A stretch of 64,000 bases of DNA from Lingula anatina (GCA_051362555.1 CM120640.1:29157467-29221466); one strand, 5' to 3'. Positions 15,001 to 29,569 are shown, counted from the first letter of the stretch. The notes: generated by a model not told the origin, from the sequence alone. Program-made: numbers and translations.

Positions 15001-18000
15001 ACTTATGTCACCAAATTCATGAATATGTGACCCAAATTAATTAAAATTATTAACAAATTACTTCTCACCCCCCCTCAAATGTTGTTCACCAAATTCATGA
15101 ATATGTGACCCAAATTAATTAAAATTATTAACAAATTACTTCTCACCCCCCCCTCAAATGTTGTAAGTTTACATAGCTCCACATAGCATATACTTGAGTG
15201 ACTTTTATTGAATATAAAAAACTTGTATAAATTTTTTAGATATTAGTAATATAGCCTTTCCCTAACCTCCAAAAACAGTCTTACTAAAAGAAAATGATAA
15301 TTTTAGTAAAATATTAATGATCCCATTTTTACTCCCTCTCTAGTCACCAACTGGCTTTCGGCCATTTTCCTATACTGACAATAGTTAAATAGGTGCAAAA
15401 TATATATTTTGGCTTAGTTTCCTGTTTTGATGAGTTTATTTAAGTAATATACGGAATTATAAACTTATGTAACCAAAGTCATGAATATATGACCCAAATT
15501 AATTAAAATTATTAACAAAATACTTCTCAACCCCCCCCCTCAAATGTTGTAAGTTTACATAGCTCCACATAGCATATACTTGAGTGACTTTTATTGAACG
15601 AAAAACTTTTGTATAAATTTTATAGATATTAGTAATATAGCCTTTCCCTAACTAAAAAAACAGTCTTGTTTTTAAAAAATGATAATTTTAGTAAAATATT
15701 AAAGATCCCATTCTTTATCCCCTCTCTAGTCACCAACTGGCTTTCGGCCATATTGCTGTGCTGACAATAGTTAAATAGGTGCAAAATATATTTTTGGCTT
15801 AGTTTCCTCTTTTGATGAGATTATTTCAGTAATATAGGGAATTATAAACTTGTGTAACCAAATTCATGAATATGAGACCCAAATTAATTAAAATTATTAA
15901 CAAATTGCTTCTCAACCCCCCCCCCTCAAATGTTATAAGTTTACATAGCTTCACATAGCATATACTTGAGTGACTTTTCTTGAAGGAAAACATTTTGTAT
16001 AAATTTTATAGAAATAAGTAATAAAGCCTTTCCCAAACCTCCAAAAACAGTCTTATTAAAAGAAAATGATAATTTTAGTAAAATATTAAAGATCCCATTC
16101 TTTACTCCCTCTCTAGTCATCAACCGGCTTTCGACCATTTTGCTGTACTGACAATAGTTAAATAGGTGCAAAATATATATTTTGGCTTATTTTCCTGTTT
16201 TGATGAGTTTATTTCAGTAATATAGGGAATTATAAACTTATGTAACCAAATTCATGAATATGTGACCCAAATTAATTAAAATTATTAACAAAATACTTCT
16301 CAACCCCCCCCTCAAATGTTGTAAGTTTACATAGCTCCACATAGCATATACTTGAGTGACTTTTATTGAACGAAAAACTTTTGTATAAATTTTATATAAA
16401 TAAGTAATATAGCCTTTCCCTAACCTCTAAAAACAGTCTTATTAAAAGAAAATGATAATTTTAGTAAAATATTAAAGATCCAATTTTTTACTCCCTCTCT
16501 AGTCATCTACTGGCTTTCGGCCATTTTGCTATACTGACAATAGTTAAATGGGTGCAAAATATATTTTTGGCTTACTTTCCTGTATTGATAAGTTCATTTC
16601 AGTAATATAGTGAATTAAAAATTTGTGTAACCAAATTCAGGAATATGTGACAAAAATTTATTAAAATTATCAACAAAATACTTCTCAACCCCCCCCCTCA
16701 AATGTTGTAAGTTTACATAGCTCCACAAAGCATATACTTGAGTGACTTTTATTGAACGAAAAAATTTTGTATAAATTTTTTAGATAAAAGTAATATAGCC
16801 TTTCCCTAACCTACAAAAACAGTCTTGTTTTAAAAAAATGAAAATTTAAGTAAAATATTAAAGATCCCATTCTTTACCCCCTCTCTAGTCACCAACTGGC
16901 TTTCGGCCATTTTGCTATACTGTCAATAGTTAAATAGGTGCAAAATATATTTTTGGCTTAGTTTCCTCTTTTGATCAGTTTATTTCAGTAATATAAGGAA
17001 TTATAAACTTGTGTAACCAAATTCATGAATATGAGACCCAAATTAATTAAAATTATTAACAAAATACTTCTCAACCCCCCCCCCCTTCAAATGTTGTAAG
17101 TTTACATGGCTCCACATAGCATGTACTTGAGTGACTTTTATTGAACGAAAAAAATTTGTATAAATTTTATAGAAATAAGTAATAGAGCCTTTCCCTAACC
17201 TCCAAAAACAGTCTTATTAAAAGAAAATGATAATTTTAGTAAAATATTAAAGATCCCATTTTTACTCCCTCTCTAGTCACCAACTGGCTTTTGGCCATTT
17301 TCCTATACTGACAATAGTTAAATAGGTGCAAAATATATATTTTGGCTTAGTTTCCTGTTTTGATGAGTTTATTTCAGTAATATAGGGAATTATAAACTTA
17401 TGTAACCAAAGTCATGAATATGTGACCCAAATTAATTAAAATTATTAACAAAATACTTCTCAACCCCCCCCCCTCAAATGTTGTAAGTTTACATAGCTCC
17501 ACAAAGCATATACTTGAGTGACTTTTATTGAACATCAAAAACTTGTATAAATTTTTTAGATATTAGTAATATAGCCTTTCCCTAACCAACAAAACAGTCT
17601 TGTTTTTTAAAAAATAAAAAAATTTAAGTAAAATATTAAAGATCCCATTCTTTATCCCCTCTCTAGTCACCAACTGGCTTTCGGCCATATTGCTGTGCTG
17701 ACAATAGTTAAATAGGTGCAAAATATATTTTTGGCTTAGTTTCCTCTTTTGATGAGATTATTTCAGTAATATAGGGAATTATAAACTTGTGTAACCAAAT
17801 TCATGAAAATGAGACCCAAATTAATTAAAATTATTAACAAATTGCTTCTCAAACCCCCCCCCCCTCAAATGTTATAAGTTTACATAGCTTCACATAGCAT
17901 ATACTTGAGTGACTTTTCTTGAAGGAAAACATTTTGTATAAATTTTATAGAAATAAGTAATATAGCCTTTCCCAAACCTCCAAAAACAGTCTTATTAAAA

Positions 18001-21000
18001 GAAAATGATAATTTTAGTAAAATATTAAAGATCCCATTCTTTACTCCCTCTCTAGTCATCAACCGGCTTTCGACCATTTTGCTGTACTGACAATAGTTAA
18101 ATAGGTGCAAAATATATATTTTGGCTTATTTTCCTGTTTTGATGAGTTTATTTCAGTAATATAGGGAATTATAAACTTATGTAACCAAATTCATGAATAT
18201 GTGACCCAAATTAATTAAAATTATTAACAAAATACTTCTCAACCCCCCCCTCAAATGTTGTAAGTTTACATAGCTCCACATAGCATATACTTAAGTGACT
18301 TTTATTGAACGAAAAACTTTTGTATAAATTTTATATAAATAAGTAATATAGCCTTTCCCTAACCTCTAAAAACAGTCTTCTTAAAAGAAAATGATAATTT
18401 TAGTAAAATATTAAAGATCCAATTTTTTACTCCCTCTCTAGTCATCTATTGGCTTTCGGCCATTTTGCTATACTGAGAATAGTTAAATGAGTGCAAAATA
18501 TATTTTTGGCTTAGTTTCCTCTTTTGATAAGATTATTTCAGTAATATAGGGAATTATAAACTTATGTAACCAAATTCATGAATATGAGACCCAAATTAAT
18601 TAAAATTATTAACAAAATGCTTCTCAACCCCCCCCCCCTTAAATGTTATAAGTTTACATAGCTTCACATAGCATATACTTGAGTGACTTCTTGAACGAAA
18701 AAAATTTGTATAAATTTTATAGAAATAAGTAATATAGCCTTTCCCTAACCTCCAAAAACAGTCTTACTAAAAGAAAATGATAATTTTAGTAAAATATTAA
18801 AGATCCCATTTTTACTCCCTCTCTAGTCACCAACTGGCTTTCGGCCATTTTCCTATACTGACAATAGTTAAATAGGTGCAAAATATATATTTTGGCTTAG
18901 TTTCCTGTTTTGATAACTTTATTTCAGTAATATAGGGAATTATAAACTTGTGTAACCAAATTCATGAATATGTGACCCAAATTTATTAAAATTATTAACA
19001 AATAACTTCTCACCCCCCCCCCAAATGTTGTAAGTTTACATAGCTCCACATTGCATATACTTGAGTGACTTTTCTTGAACGAAAAAATTTTATATAAATT
19101 TTATAGAAATAAGTAATATAGCCTTTCCATAACCTCCAAAAAAGTCTTATTAAAAGAAAATGATAATTTTAGTAAAATATTAAAGATCCCATTCTTTACT
19201 CCCTCTCTAGTCATCAACTGGCTTTCGGCCATTTTGCTATACTGACAATAGTAAAATGGGTGCAAAATATATTTTTGGCTTACTTTCCTGTTTTGGTGAG
19301 TTTATTTCAGTAATATAGTGAATTATAAATTTGTGTAACCAAATTCAGGAATATGTGACAAAAATTTATTAAAATTATCAACAAAATTCTTTTCATCCCC
19401 CGCCCCCAGGCCAAACGTTGTAAGTTTACATAGCTCCACAAAGCGTGTACTTGAGTGACTTTTATTGCACATCAAAAACTTGTATAAATTTTATAGATAT
19501 TAGTAATATAGCCTTTCCCTAACCAAAAAAACAGTCTTGTTTTAAAAGAATGAAAATTTTAGTAAAATATTACAGATCCCATTCTTTACCCCCTCTCTAG
19601 TCACCAACTGGCTTTCAGCCATTTTGCTGTACTGACAATAGTTAAATGGGTGCAAAATATATTTTTGGCTTACTTTCCTGTTTTGATGAGTTTATTTCAG
19701 TAATATAGGGAATTATAAACTTATGTCACCAAATTCATGAATATGTGACCCAAATTAATTAAAATTATTAACAAATTACTTCTCACCCCCCCCCCTCAAA
19801 TGTTGTTCACCAAATTCATGAATATGTGACCCAAATTAATTAAAATTATTAACAAATTACTTCTCAACCCCCCCCCCCTCAAATGTTGTAAGTTTACATA
19901 GCTCCACAAAGCATATACTTGAGTGACTTTTATTGAACATCAAAAACTTGTATAAATTTTTTAGATATTAGTAATATAGCCTTTCCCTAACCAAAAAAAC
20001 AGTCTTGTTTTAAAAGAATGAAAATTTAAGTAAAATATTAAAGATCCCATTCTTTATCCCCTCTCTAGTCACCAACTGGCTTTCGGCCATATTGCTGTGC
20101 TGACAATAGTTAAATAGGTGCAAAATATATTTTTGGCTTAGTTTCCTCTTTTGATGAGATTATTTCAGTAATATAGGGAATTATAAACTTGTGTAACCAA
20201 ATTCATGAATATGAGACCCAAATTAATTAAAATTATTAACAAATTGCTTCTCAACCCCCCCCCCTCAAATGTTATAAGTTTACATAGCTTCACATAGCAT
20301 ATACTTGAGTGACTTTTCTTGAAGGAAAACATTTTGTATAAATTTTATAGAAATAAGTAATATAGCCTTTCCCAAACCTCCAAAAACAGTCTTATTAAAA
20401 GAAAATGATAATTTTAGTAAAATATTAAAGATCCCATTCTTTACTCCCTCTCTAGTCATCAACCGGCTTTCGACCATTTTGCTGTACTGACAATAGTTAA
20501 ATAGGTGCAAAATATATATTTTGGCTTATTTTCCTGTTTTGATGAGTTTATTTCAGTAATATAGGGAATTATAAACTTATGTAACCAAATTCATGAATAT
20601 GTGACCCAAATTAATTAAAATTATTAACAAAATACTTCTCAACCCCCCCCTCAAATGTTGTAAGTTTACATAGCTCCACATAGCATATACTTAAGTGACT
20701 TTTATTGAACGAAAAACTTTTGTATAAATTTTATATAAATAAGTAATATAGCCTTTCCCTAACCTCTAAAAACAGTCTTCTTAAAAGAAAATGATAATTT
20801 TAGTAAAATATTAAAGATCCAATTTTTTACTCCCTCTCTAGTCATCTATTGGCTTTCGGCCATTTTGCTATACTGAGAATAGTTAAATGAGTGCAAAATA
20901 TATTTTTGGCTTAGTTTCCTCTTTTGATAAGATTATTTCAGTAATATAGGGAATTATAAACTTGTGTAACCAAATTCATGAATATGAGACCCAAATTAAT

Positions 21001-23550
21001 TAAAATTATTAACAAAATGCTTCTCAAACCCCCCCCTCAAATGTTGTAAGTTTACATAGCTTCACATAGCATATACTTGAGTGACTTTTCTTGAACGAAA
21101 AAAATTTGTATAAATTTTATAGAAATAAGTAATATAGCCTTCCCCTAACCTCTAAAAACAGTCTTATTTAAAGAAAATGATAATTTTAGTAAAATATTAA
21201 AGATCCAATTTTTTACTCCCTCTCTAGTCATCTACTGGCTTTCGGCCATTTTGCTATACTGACAATAGTTAAATGAGTGCAAAATATATTTTTGGCTTAC
21301 TTTCCTCTTTTGATAAGATTATTTCAGTAATATAGGGAATTATAAACTTGTGTAACCAAATTCATGAATATGAGACCCAAATTAATTAAAATTATTTACA
21401 AAATGCTTCTCAAACCCCCCCCTCAAATGTTGTAAGTTTACATAGCTTCACATAGCATATACTTGAGTGACTTTTATTGAACATCAAAAACTTGTATAAA
21501 TTTTATAGATATTAGTAATGTAGCCTTTTCCTAACCTACAAAAACAGTATTGTTTTTAAAAAATGAAAATTTAAGTAAAATATTAAAGATCCCATTCTTT
21601 ATCCCCTCTCTAGTCACCAACTGGCTTTCGGCCATATTGCTGTGCTGACAATAGTTAAATAGGTGCAAAATATATTTTTGGCTTTGTTTCCTCTTTTTAT
21701 GAGATTATTTCAGTAATATAGGGAATTATAAACTTGTGTAACCAAATTCATGAATATGAGACCCAAATTAATTAAAATTATTTACAAATTGCTTCTCAAC
21801 CCCCCCCCCCCTCAAATGTTATAAGTTTACATAGCTTCACATAGCATATACTTGAGTGACTTTTCTTGAAGGAAAAAATTTTGTATAAATTTTATAGAAA
21901 TAAGTAATATAGCCTTTCCCTAACCTCCAAAAACAGTCTTATTAAAAGAAAATGATAATTTTAGTAAAATATTAAAGATCCCATTCTTTACTCCCACTCT
22001 AGTCATCTACTGGCTTTCGGCCATTTTGCTATACTGACAATACTTAAATGAGTGCAAAATATATTTTTGGCTTCCTTTCCTGTTTTGATGAGTTTATTTC
22101 AGTAATATAGTGAATTATAAATTTGTGAAACCAAATTCAGGAATATGAGAGAAAAATCTATTAAAATTATCAACAAAATTCTTCTTAACCCCCCACCCTC
22201 AAATGTTGTAAATTTACATAGCTCCACATAGCATATACTTGAGTGACTTTTCTTGAACGAAAAAATTTTGTATAAATTTTATAGAAATAAGTAATATAGC
22301 CTTTCCCTAACCCCCAAAAACAGTCTTACTAAAAGAAAATGATAATTTTAGTAAAATATTAAAGATCCCATTCTTTACCCCCTCTCCAGTCACCAACTGA
22401 CAATAGTTAAATAGTTAAATAGGTGCAAAATATATTTTTGGCATGGTTTCCTGTTTTGATGAGTTTATTTCAATAATATAGGGAATTATAAACTTGTGTA
22501 ACCAAATTCATGAATATGTGACCCAAATTAATTAAAATTATTAACAAAATGCTTCTCAACCCCCCAACCTCAAATGTTGTAAGTTTACATAGCTCCACAT
22601 AGCATATACTTGAGTGACTTTTCTTGAACGAAAAAATTTTGTATAAATTTTATAGAAATAAGTAATATAGCCTTTCCCTAACCTACAAAAACAGTCTTGT
22701 TTTAAAAAAATGAAAATTTAAGTAAAATATTAAAGATCCCATTCTTTATCCCCTCTCTAGTCACCAACTGGCTTTCGGCCATTTTGCTGTACTGACAATA
22801 GTTAAATGGGTGCAAAATATATTTTTGGCTTAGTTTCCTGTTTTGATGAGTTTATTTCAGTAATATAATGAATTATAAACTTGTGTAACCAAATTCATGA
22901 ATATGTGACCCAAATTTATCAAAATTATCAACAAAATACTTCTCAACCCCCCCCCCCCTCAAATGTTATAAGTTTACATAGCTCCACAAAGCATGTACTT
23001 GAGTGACTTTTATTGAACATCAAAAACTTGTATAAATTTTTTAGATATTAGTAATATAGCCTTTCCCTAACCTACAAAAACAGTCTTGTTTTAAAAAAAT
23101 GATAATTTTAGTAAAATATTAAAGATCCCATTCTTTACTCCCTCTCTAGTCTTCAACTGGCTTTCGGCCATTTTGCTATATTGACAATAGTTAAATGGGT
23201 GCAAAATATATCTTTGGCTTACTTTCCTGTTTTGATGAGTTTATTTCAGTAATATAATGAATTATAAACTTGTGTAACCAAATTCAGGAATATGTGACAA
23301 AAATTTATCAAAATTATCAACAAAATTCTTTTCACACCCCCCCCCCCCAAACGTAGTAAGTTTACATAGCTCCACATAGCATGTACTTGAGTGATTTTTA
23401 TTAATAAAAAAAACCTGTATAAATTTTATAGAGATTAGTAATATAGTCTTTCTCTAACCCACACAAACAGTCTTGTTTAATGAAAATGATAATTTTAGTA
23501 AAATACTAGAGATTCCATTCTTTACACTTTCTCTGGTCATGAACAGGCTT
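1..23550. repeat. AT-rich tandem satellite DNA, ~387-bp monomer, ~61 copies, with higher-order structure; continues beyond the window start
   Basis: CATAGCATATACTTGAGTGAC occurs at 1 and 388 and recurs at this period. Each monomer has a variable-length poly-C tract. The last monomer (~23340-23550) is clearly diverged. Confidence 0.98.
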
Positions 23551-23879
23551 GCAGAAAACTTTGAATCATATCAAAAAATTTTGTTTCCTAATTTTTGAAA
23601 ATCTTCAGGACTTTTTTTAAGGTTGATAAATGAATATTTATAGCTTGTTAGTTTGGTGAACAGGTTTTGTTATGGAGACATTTTTGTTACCTCAAGTAAA
23701 CAAGATTATTAAAAATCATTGTAATAATATTGAATATGTAAAATTGTTGAATTTAAAACAAAACAATGGAGACTGTTTTCTTCAAAATGTTTTCCACTGT
23801 TGTAAACAAAATGAAGAAATGTCAGTATAGTCTAGAGTTTTTTTATCATTCAGTTGAGAAGAATTCCAGAGCCACACAG

Positions 23880-24540
23880 CATACTGCAATGTCAGCAAGA
23901 AAGATCTCATGGGTTCCATGTGGGCATGATGGACATGTTAAGTTTGACTAGTTGATGAGAGAAAAAAAGGGAATAGGAACACTATTGCACCTACCTACAT
24001 TACTTTCAAAACAACTGAGATTAGTTACAGGGCAGTGGCAACTTCACACTTTTATTGATGGATTCTGAAGACCATTACCAGATGTATAATAATCAAATAT
24101 CATCAGAAATGAAGGGCACGTTAATTATTCCAAAGAGTGAAAGTAGTACAAATCAAAGGAAAATATTTTGATGGTAATCAATATGAGCTCACTCAGAGTT
24201 CACTCACAGGGGCCAGTCTTAACAGAATTGACAAGGTTATCATCCCTGTGCTTGACTTTATTAAGACATGTAATGTAGGTGGTGATGGAGTTAACTTTTG
24301 GATAATATATAAGGAATTATCTGAATCGATCATCTGCTGCTAATGTTATACATTCATCACTTCTAGGCTGCGATGTCCAGATGATTGGATTAAAAGATAA
24401 CAATGCATCCAGAATATTTCAGCACAGCTTTTCATGTTACAGCCTAGAAACTTGTCACATTATTCCAGTTTTAAAGCAGCTGCATTGGTTATCAGTTAGG
24501 GCTAGAATTTTAAAATATTTAGTTTTTACACGTTGCTTTC
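23880..24540 (+). pseudogene. Degenerate L2/CR1-group LINE ORF2 fragment (RT to C-terminal region)
   Basis: Frameshifted translations IRNYLN (~24308), TFITSRL (~24350), NASRIF (~24402) and HIIPVLKQLHWLSVRARI (24456-24509) match the L2 motifs AFITSRLDYCN / QNAAAR / HITPVLxxLHWLPV. The 5' limit is uncertain. Confidence 0.8.
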
Positions 24541-24709
24541 TCTAATGTAGCTCCAGCATATATAACTGATCTGGTAAAAAATCATAACTTTTACTGAAAA
24601 TTGCCATTATAGCAGGGTAAAAAAATATATGGTGACATGTAATTTTGTATAGCTTCACTGTTGGAGTAGAACAAGGTGTCAATTTACTGAAGGCAGATAG
24701 AAACAGAAA

Positions 24710-25050
24710 TCTCTTATAAGGAATTAAACACACATTTTTAAAGATGTTTTATTGCCGAATTTTGTTCAATTTTTAAAATATACATTATGTAAGGGAAGTA
24801 TTGGGTCTTTTAATTACTGCTTAGTCAAACGTTTTAACATTTATAATTAATATAATATATATAACTGTAATATATAAATATATCTTATAAGGTATTAAAG
24901 ATTTTTAAAGATATTTTATTAATGAATTTTGTTCACTTTTGAAAATTTACATTAAGTAAGGGAAGTATTGGGTCTTTACTTTTAATTACTGCTTAGTAGT
25001 CAAACCTTTTAACATTTATAATTAATAAAATATATATAACTGTAATATAT
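24710..25050. repeat. Diverged tandem duplication, 2 x ~172 bp
   Basis: TCTTATAAGG...GTAAGGGAAGTATTGGGTCTTT...TTTTAACATTTATAATTAAT...ATAACTGTAATATAT is present at ~24712 and ~24882. Confidence 0.9.
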
Positions 25051-25379
25051 CATGATCATGTGAGAAAATGTTGTGTGATCACAGTGGTCATTTTTTAATA
25101 CCGCACTGGACATGTGTGAACTTAAATACATGTTTGGGAGGGAATGATACAGGGTGGTTTCAAACCTGAACAATAACTATCTTCCAACACCAACAAGAAA
25201 GGTAACTAGGTTTCCTACATGAAACCCATGTATAATTCCTTATACAACAAAAGTATGTGTTTGAGAATCTTTCAACTGTTATACAGATGTGTTTTACCTA
25301 ACAATGTTGAAAGTGGTAACTTTATTTGGAATAAGTCATAGCTTCAAAACAACCTGAGCAAAAACATTTTCAACAGTCT

Positions 25380-26710
25380 GAATTGGTTTCTGCTAATACT
25401 TTGCAAAAGTTGATTTTCTGGTCCAACTATTGTACTATGCGATTTTAAAAAAAGTTACAGCTATTCCTGCCTTAACCATTTCACTCTTGATCCCTCTAGT
25501 GTCTTTTGTCACTGCCTTGTAAGGTTTAATTACACTAATAAACAACGTACTACAAATTTTTTACTTTAATGTCTCCGTTCAAGCTAAATATTCAATAAAA
25601 CGACTAACTACACATAAATCAGAATCTTCTTTGTATGCTTTCAAGACTATTACCAGCTGTTTCATTTTTACACTGTTTTGCTAAAGAAGTATCACAAAAG
25701 ATTCCTCACTGAACACTGAAGTTCCTGCAATTTATAAAGGTACATCATTTCTGTAAGTAAACTTAGTATTGTGTTTTGGTGCTTTGTCTCCTGGAAAGCA
25801 GGGTAATTTCCATAGCCCACAAAGAAAGTCCTTTTCCTTCCAACTCTTACAAGTCACATGCCATCAGATGAAGTCTGTTCCACAGTGGATGAACTCGATT
25901 GGGATCCTGAAGTAATGATAGCAGTTTTGTTGTGCAGTAATAACGCCATAGGAGCTGCAGAAACCATGGGAAACAATTCCTGTTGTCCACCTGGTGCGAT
26001 GAGGATTACTTCTGCCTGGTCTGTCTGGATCTTTGCAAAATTCGTGGCAGCAAACTGAAAGGTGGAAAGCAATATGTTAGTCTATAGCAGGTTCATGACT
26101 GTATCATACAATCAATGCTCAAAGTGTGGGGGTCAGGCTTCCATGCAATGTACTTTGATACCTTGTAATTCAGATATGATGCACAAAGGTCTATTTCAGT
26201 TTGATCTAAAATGTCAGTAATTTTTGTACACACATCTGGTCTAAGTGGTTATAAAATAGTATTATGAAATTATTGTCTTTATTCTTTATTATCACAAACA
26301 TTCTGCACACCAGGTAAATGTGATACTGATAGCCAAATATCTTGCTGAATGCAAAAATCCCATATTTTATGTGCCTCTGCATTGCACAATTACCACCCAT
26401 ATTCCTCAAAAAAGCCACTGCAGTCAAATTATCAATTTCAACATGAATATGTTTACCCTTCAATTTTTTCTAACAGGACTTGAAAGCTAAGAGTATTGCT
26501 TTACCCTCTGAAACATTTTCTTTTGCTTTGATTTAAGTAAGTTTTTGTAGCTCTCTAGTGCATACAACCATATTCTACAACAGATATGAATGAAACCAGA
26601 CAACCAATCAACTGTGCCTTCTGCTTCAGTAAAATTCCCCTGTAATATTTTTCAATATAAATAATTTTTCAGCTCTGGTAGGAGTTAAACCAATTGTCAT
26701 AGCTCTTAAC
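25380..26710 (-). mobile_element. Degenerate DIRS1-type tyrosine-recombinase retrotransposon (RT end, RNase H, MT-like domain, YR)
   Basis: Minus-strand remnants lie in canonical order: MTIGLTPTRAEKL and AQLIGCLVS (RT end); HIHVEIDNLTAVAFLRNMGG (RNase H); EIDLCASYLNYKVSKYIAWKPDP, YCFPPFSL and KIQTDQAEVILIAP (MT-like); DLCVV..EYL, LFISVIKPYKAVTKDT, KAGI..FK.HST and STFAKY (YR). There are many stops and frameshifts. Confidence 0.9.
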
Positions 26711-27400
26711 TACTAGTAAACACTGACGTGTTGTCAGAGATTTGCTCTTCACTACTATAATAAACACTGACATGTCTTCAGAGATTTGCTCTTCACTACT
26801 ATAATAAACACTGACATGTCATCAAAGATTTGCTCTTCACTACTATGCACTGACGTGTTGTCAGAGATTTGCTCTTCACTACTATAGTTAACAATGACAT
26901 GTCATCAGAGATTTGCTCTTCACTACTATAATAAACACTGACATGTCATCAAAGATTTGCTCTTCACTACTATGCACTGACGTGTTGTCAGAGATTTGCT
27001 CTTCACTACTATAGTTAACAATGACATGTCATCAGAGATTTGCTCTTCACAACTATAATAAACACTGACATGTCATCAGAGATTTGCTCTTCACTACTAG
27101 TAAACAATGATGTGTCATCAGAGATTTGCTCTTCACGACTATGTACTGACGTGTTGTCAGAGATTTGCTCTTCACTAATATAGTTAACAATGACATGTCA
27201 TCAGAGATTTGCTCTTCACAACTATAATAAACACTGACATGTCATCAGAGATTTGCTCTTCACTACTAGTAAACAATGACGTGTCATCAGAGATCTGCTC
27301 TTCACTACTATAATTAACACTGACATGTCGTCAGAGATTTGCTAATCACTACTATAGTAAACACTGACATGTTGTCACAGATTTGCTCTTCACTACTAAA
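26709..27400. repeat. Minisatellite, 16 units of 39-44 bp (CACTGACATGTCATCAGAGATTTGCTCTTCACTACTATAATAAA-like)
   Basis: The GATTTGCTCTTC core (two copies are variant) was counted 16 times. Many units contain the palindrome TGACATGTCA. Confidence 0.97.
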
Positions 27401-27689
27401 CATGAGAAAGACATTCATACCTGACTTTTTTTAAAATCCATTTGCTTCTGGATATTATGTTGCATATTCTTCAGTGAGCCAGCTTTTATGAGTCAAAAGA
27501 TTCCCTATCTATATTATATATTTGGTATAATTTATTGCTTTAATAAATTAATATCTTATTAGTATATCATGCGACAAGTAAATGCCTCCTACATTTAGTT
27601 CTTCAGAAAGGATTTCCTTTATTTTACATCATAAAACAAATAATCCAAATAATTGGATTGATAGCACCTAGCCAATGTAGATAGCTCTG

Positions 27690-28000
27690 TCTCTTTACCA
27701 AATCTAAAACAAAATATGGTTTGGTATTTATGGAGGCAAACATTAATTGACCAAAAAACAAAAAATTAGTGTAAATGTAAACTCACCATGCTGATCTTTT
27801 AAAGCAACCTGTTTCTTTACCAAACAAAGTCACTCAGTAAAAAAAGTAAAACAGAAATATGGTTTGTCATTTAAATATTAGGCAATGTCACCAAAATTGT
27901 GCAAAAAAAAAAAAAAATTATTACTGTGAATGTAAACTGATCTTGCCGATTTTCGACCTGCTCTTACGAAACACAGTCACTCAGTAAATTTAAAGTAAAA
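27690..28000. repeat. Diverged tandem duplication, 2 x ~140-155 bp
   Basis: AAATATGGTTTG.., ATGTAAACT.. and AGTCACTCAGTAAA each occur twice in the same order. Confidence 0.75.
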
Positions 28001-28169
28001 AACAAGGCAGCAAAGCTGTCAAATGTACAGACAAAAAGCAGAAAATAACAATGCACAAAATAGGTTACTGTCAATTCTAATGCAAAAGTACATTATGCTT
28101 AACTGCAAATTCAACATCAAATTTTAATTATGCTCAACAGGTAATACCAATGTAAGTAAAATGTATAAC

Positions 28170-29170
28170 AAGCATAAGGCTTCAGGCCCATGGGGGTTCA
28201 AGTTCACACGTTGGAAATGCCAGAATGAGAAAAATGAAAATTTCACACAAAATTGCATAAATTCAATAATAAATGATAACCCAATTGAGCTGGATTTCTA
28301 ATTTGAACTGCCTGCATGCCAATCCTAAAAATCATACTTGTAAGTAAAAAATAATAAGTAACACAGTTTTCTTTTCATAATATTTGTAGTAGCAGTGCAA
28401 AAAGATTTGTCAATTTTGATGTAACATTTCATAATAAATTACAGAATAATTATCACCAATTTTTAATTATTGACTATAAATAGCATGGATATAAAAATGA
28501 ATATTTCACTACAATGTATAACTTCCAGAAAAAGAAGCCAATTAGACTGCTTTTCCAACTCGGGCTACATTTTAGTCCTGTGTTTCTATTTTGACAGTTT
28601 GACAATCATAAGTAACATGGTTTTCCCATAATGGTCATCATGGCAGCAGCACCCAAAATTGTGTTTTCTTCTATTTTGAAGCAATATTACATAATGCTTA
28701 ACGGCATAACGACCGTCATTTTTTAATAATAAAATATGCATATCATGGATTTTCAGAAAATGTAACTAGCATGGGTCTTCAAGCCCGTGGAGGTTCTAAA
28801 TCACACCTTGAAAATGCCAATATTTGAAAAATAAAATTTTCACAAAAAAAACTGTTTAACTGCTAGAAAAAAATTACCAAACAGACTGCATTGCCTACTG
28901 AAGCTGCATTTTAGTCACATAGTTTCTTCCCTGTTAGTTTGAGAACAGTAAGTGACATGGTTTTCCCATAATGGTCATCATGGAAGCAGTGCCCAAAAAC
29001 GGTAGGGGTTTCTTCAAATTTTGATGCAACATTACATAATGTTAAACAGCATAATGGCCATCAATTTTTAATAATAAAATATGAGTATCATGGGTATTCA
29101 GAAAATGTGACTAGCAAAGGTCTTCAGGCCCATGGAACTTCAAAGTCACAACTTGAAAATGCCAAAATGT
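28170..29170. repeat. Degenerate tandem array, ~3 units of ~340 bp, inside the HINE-like element
   Basis: CATGGTTTTCCCATAATGGTCATCATGG occurs at ~28616 and ~28956. CTTCAGGCCCATGG...GAAATGCC-like blocks occur at ~28180, ~28777 and ~29122. Confidence 0.85.
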
Positions 29171-29569
29171 AAACAAGACAGCACTGTTCTGAAATGGTTT
29201 CTTTTTTTACATTTTTAACAATTTTTTAACATAAAACAAAATTAACAGTTTACTGCCATTTTTATATGATCAACTAAGAAAATTGATGAGATGGGAAAAA
29301 TATCAATAAAACAGTGTTAAATGTCCAATTTCTTCCATTCTGATATTCTGAACATAGTGAATGATTGAATCTGACAAACTGCAATGACATGAGTTTATTT
29401 CCATTTTTGAAACTTTATTACACAATATACGATAACAAGTATACCATTATTTTTACAAAATCAACTAACAATGTTCTAAAGATGCAGGAAATGTCAAACA
29501 AACACTTTTACGTATCTTATTAATTAAATAATGAGACTGTTAACATGCCTAAGAATTGAATCTGAGGAA

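Noticed and set aside
2308-20510. Repeated 75-76 aa minus-strand ORFs (2308, 12771, 15941, 17880, 20280)
   Set aside because: They are chance open frames in particular satellite monomer variants; the frame is broken in most monomers and has no recognisable domain.
26709-27400. CRISPR-like appearance of the palindromic minisatellite
   Set aside because: There are no unique spacers, the units are contiguous, no cas genes are present and the context is eukaryotic.
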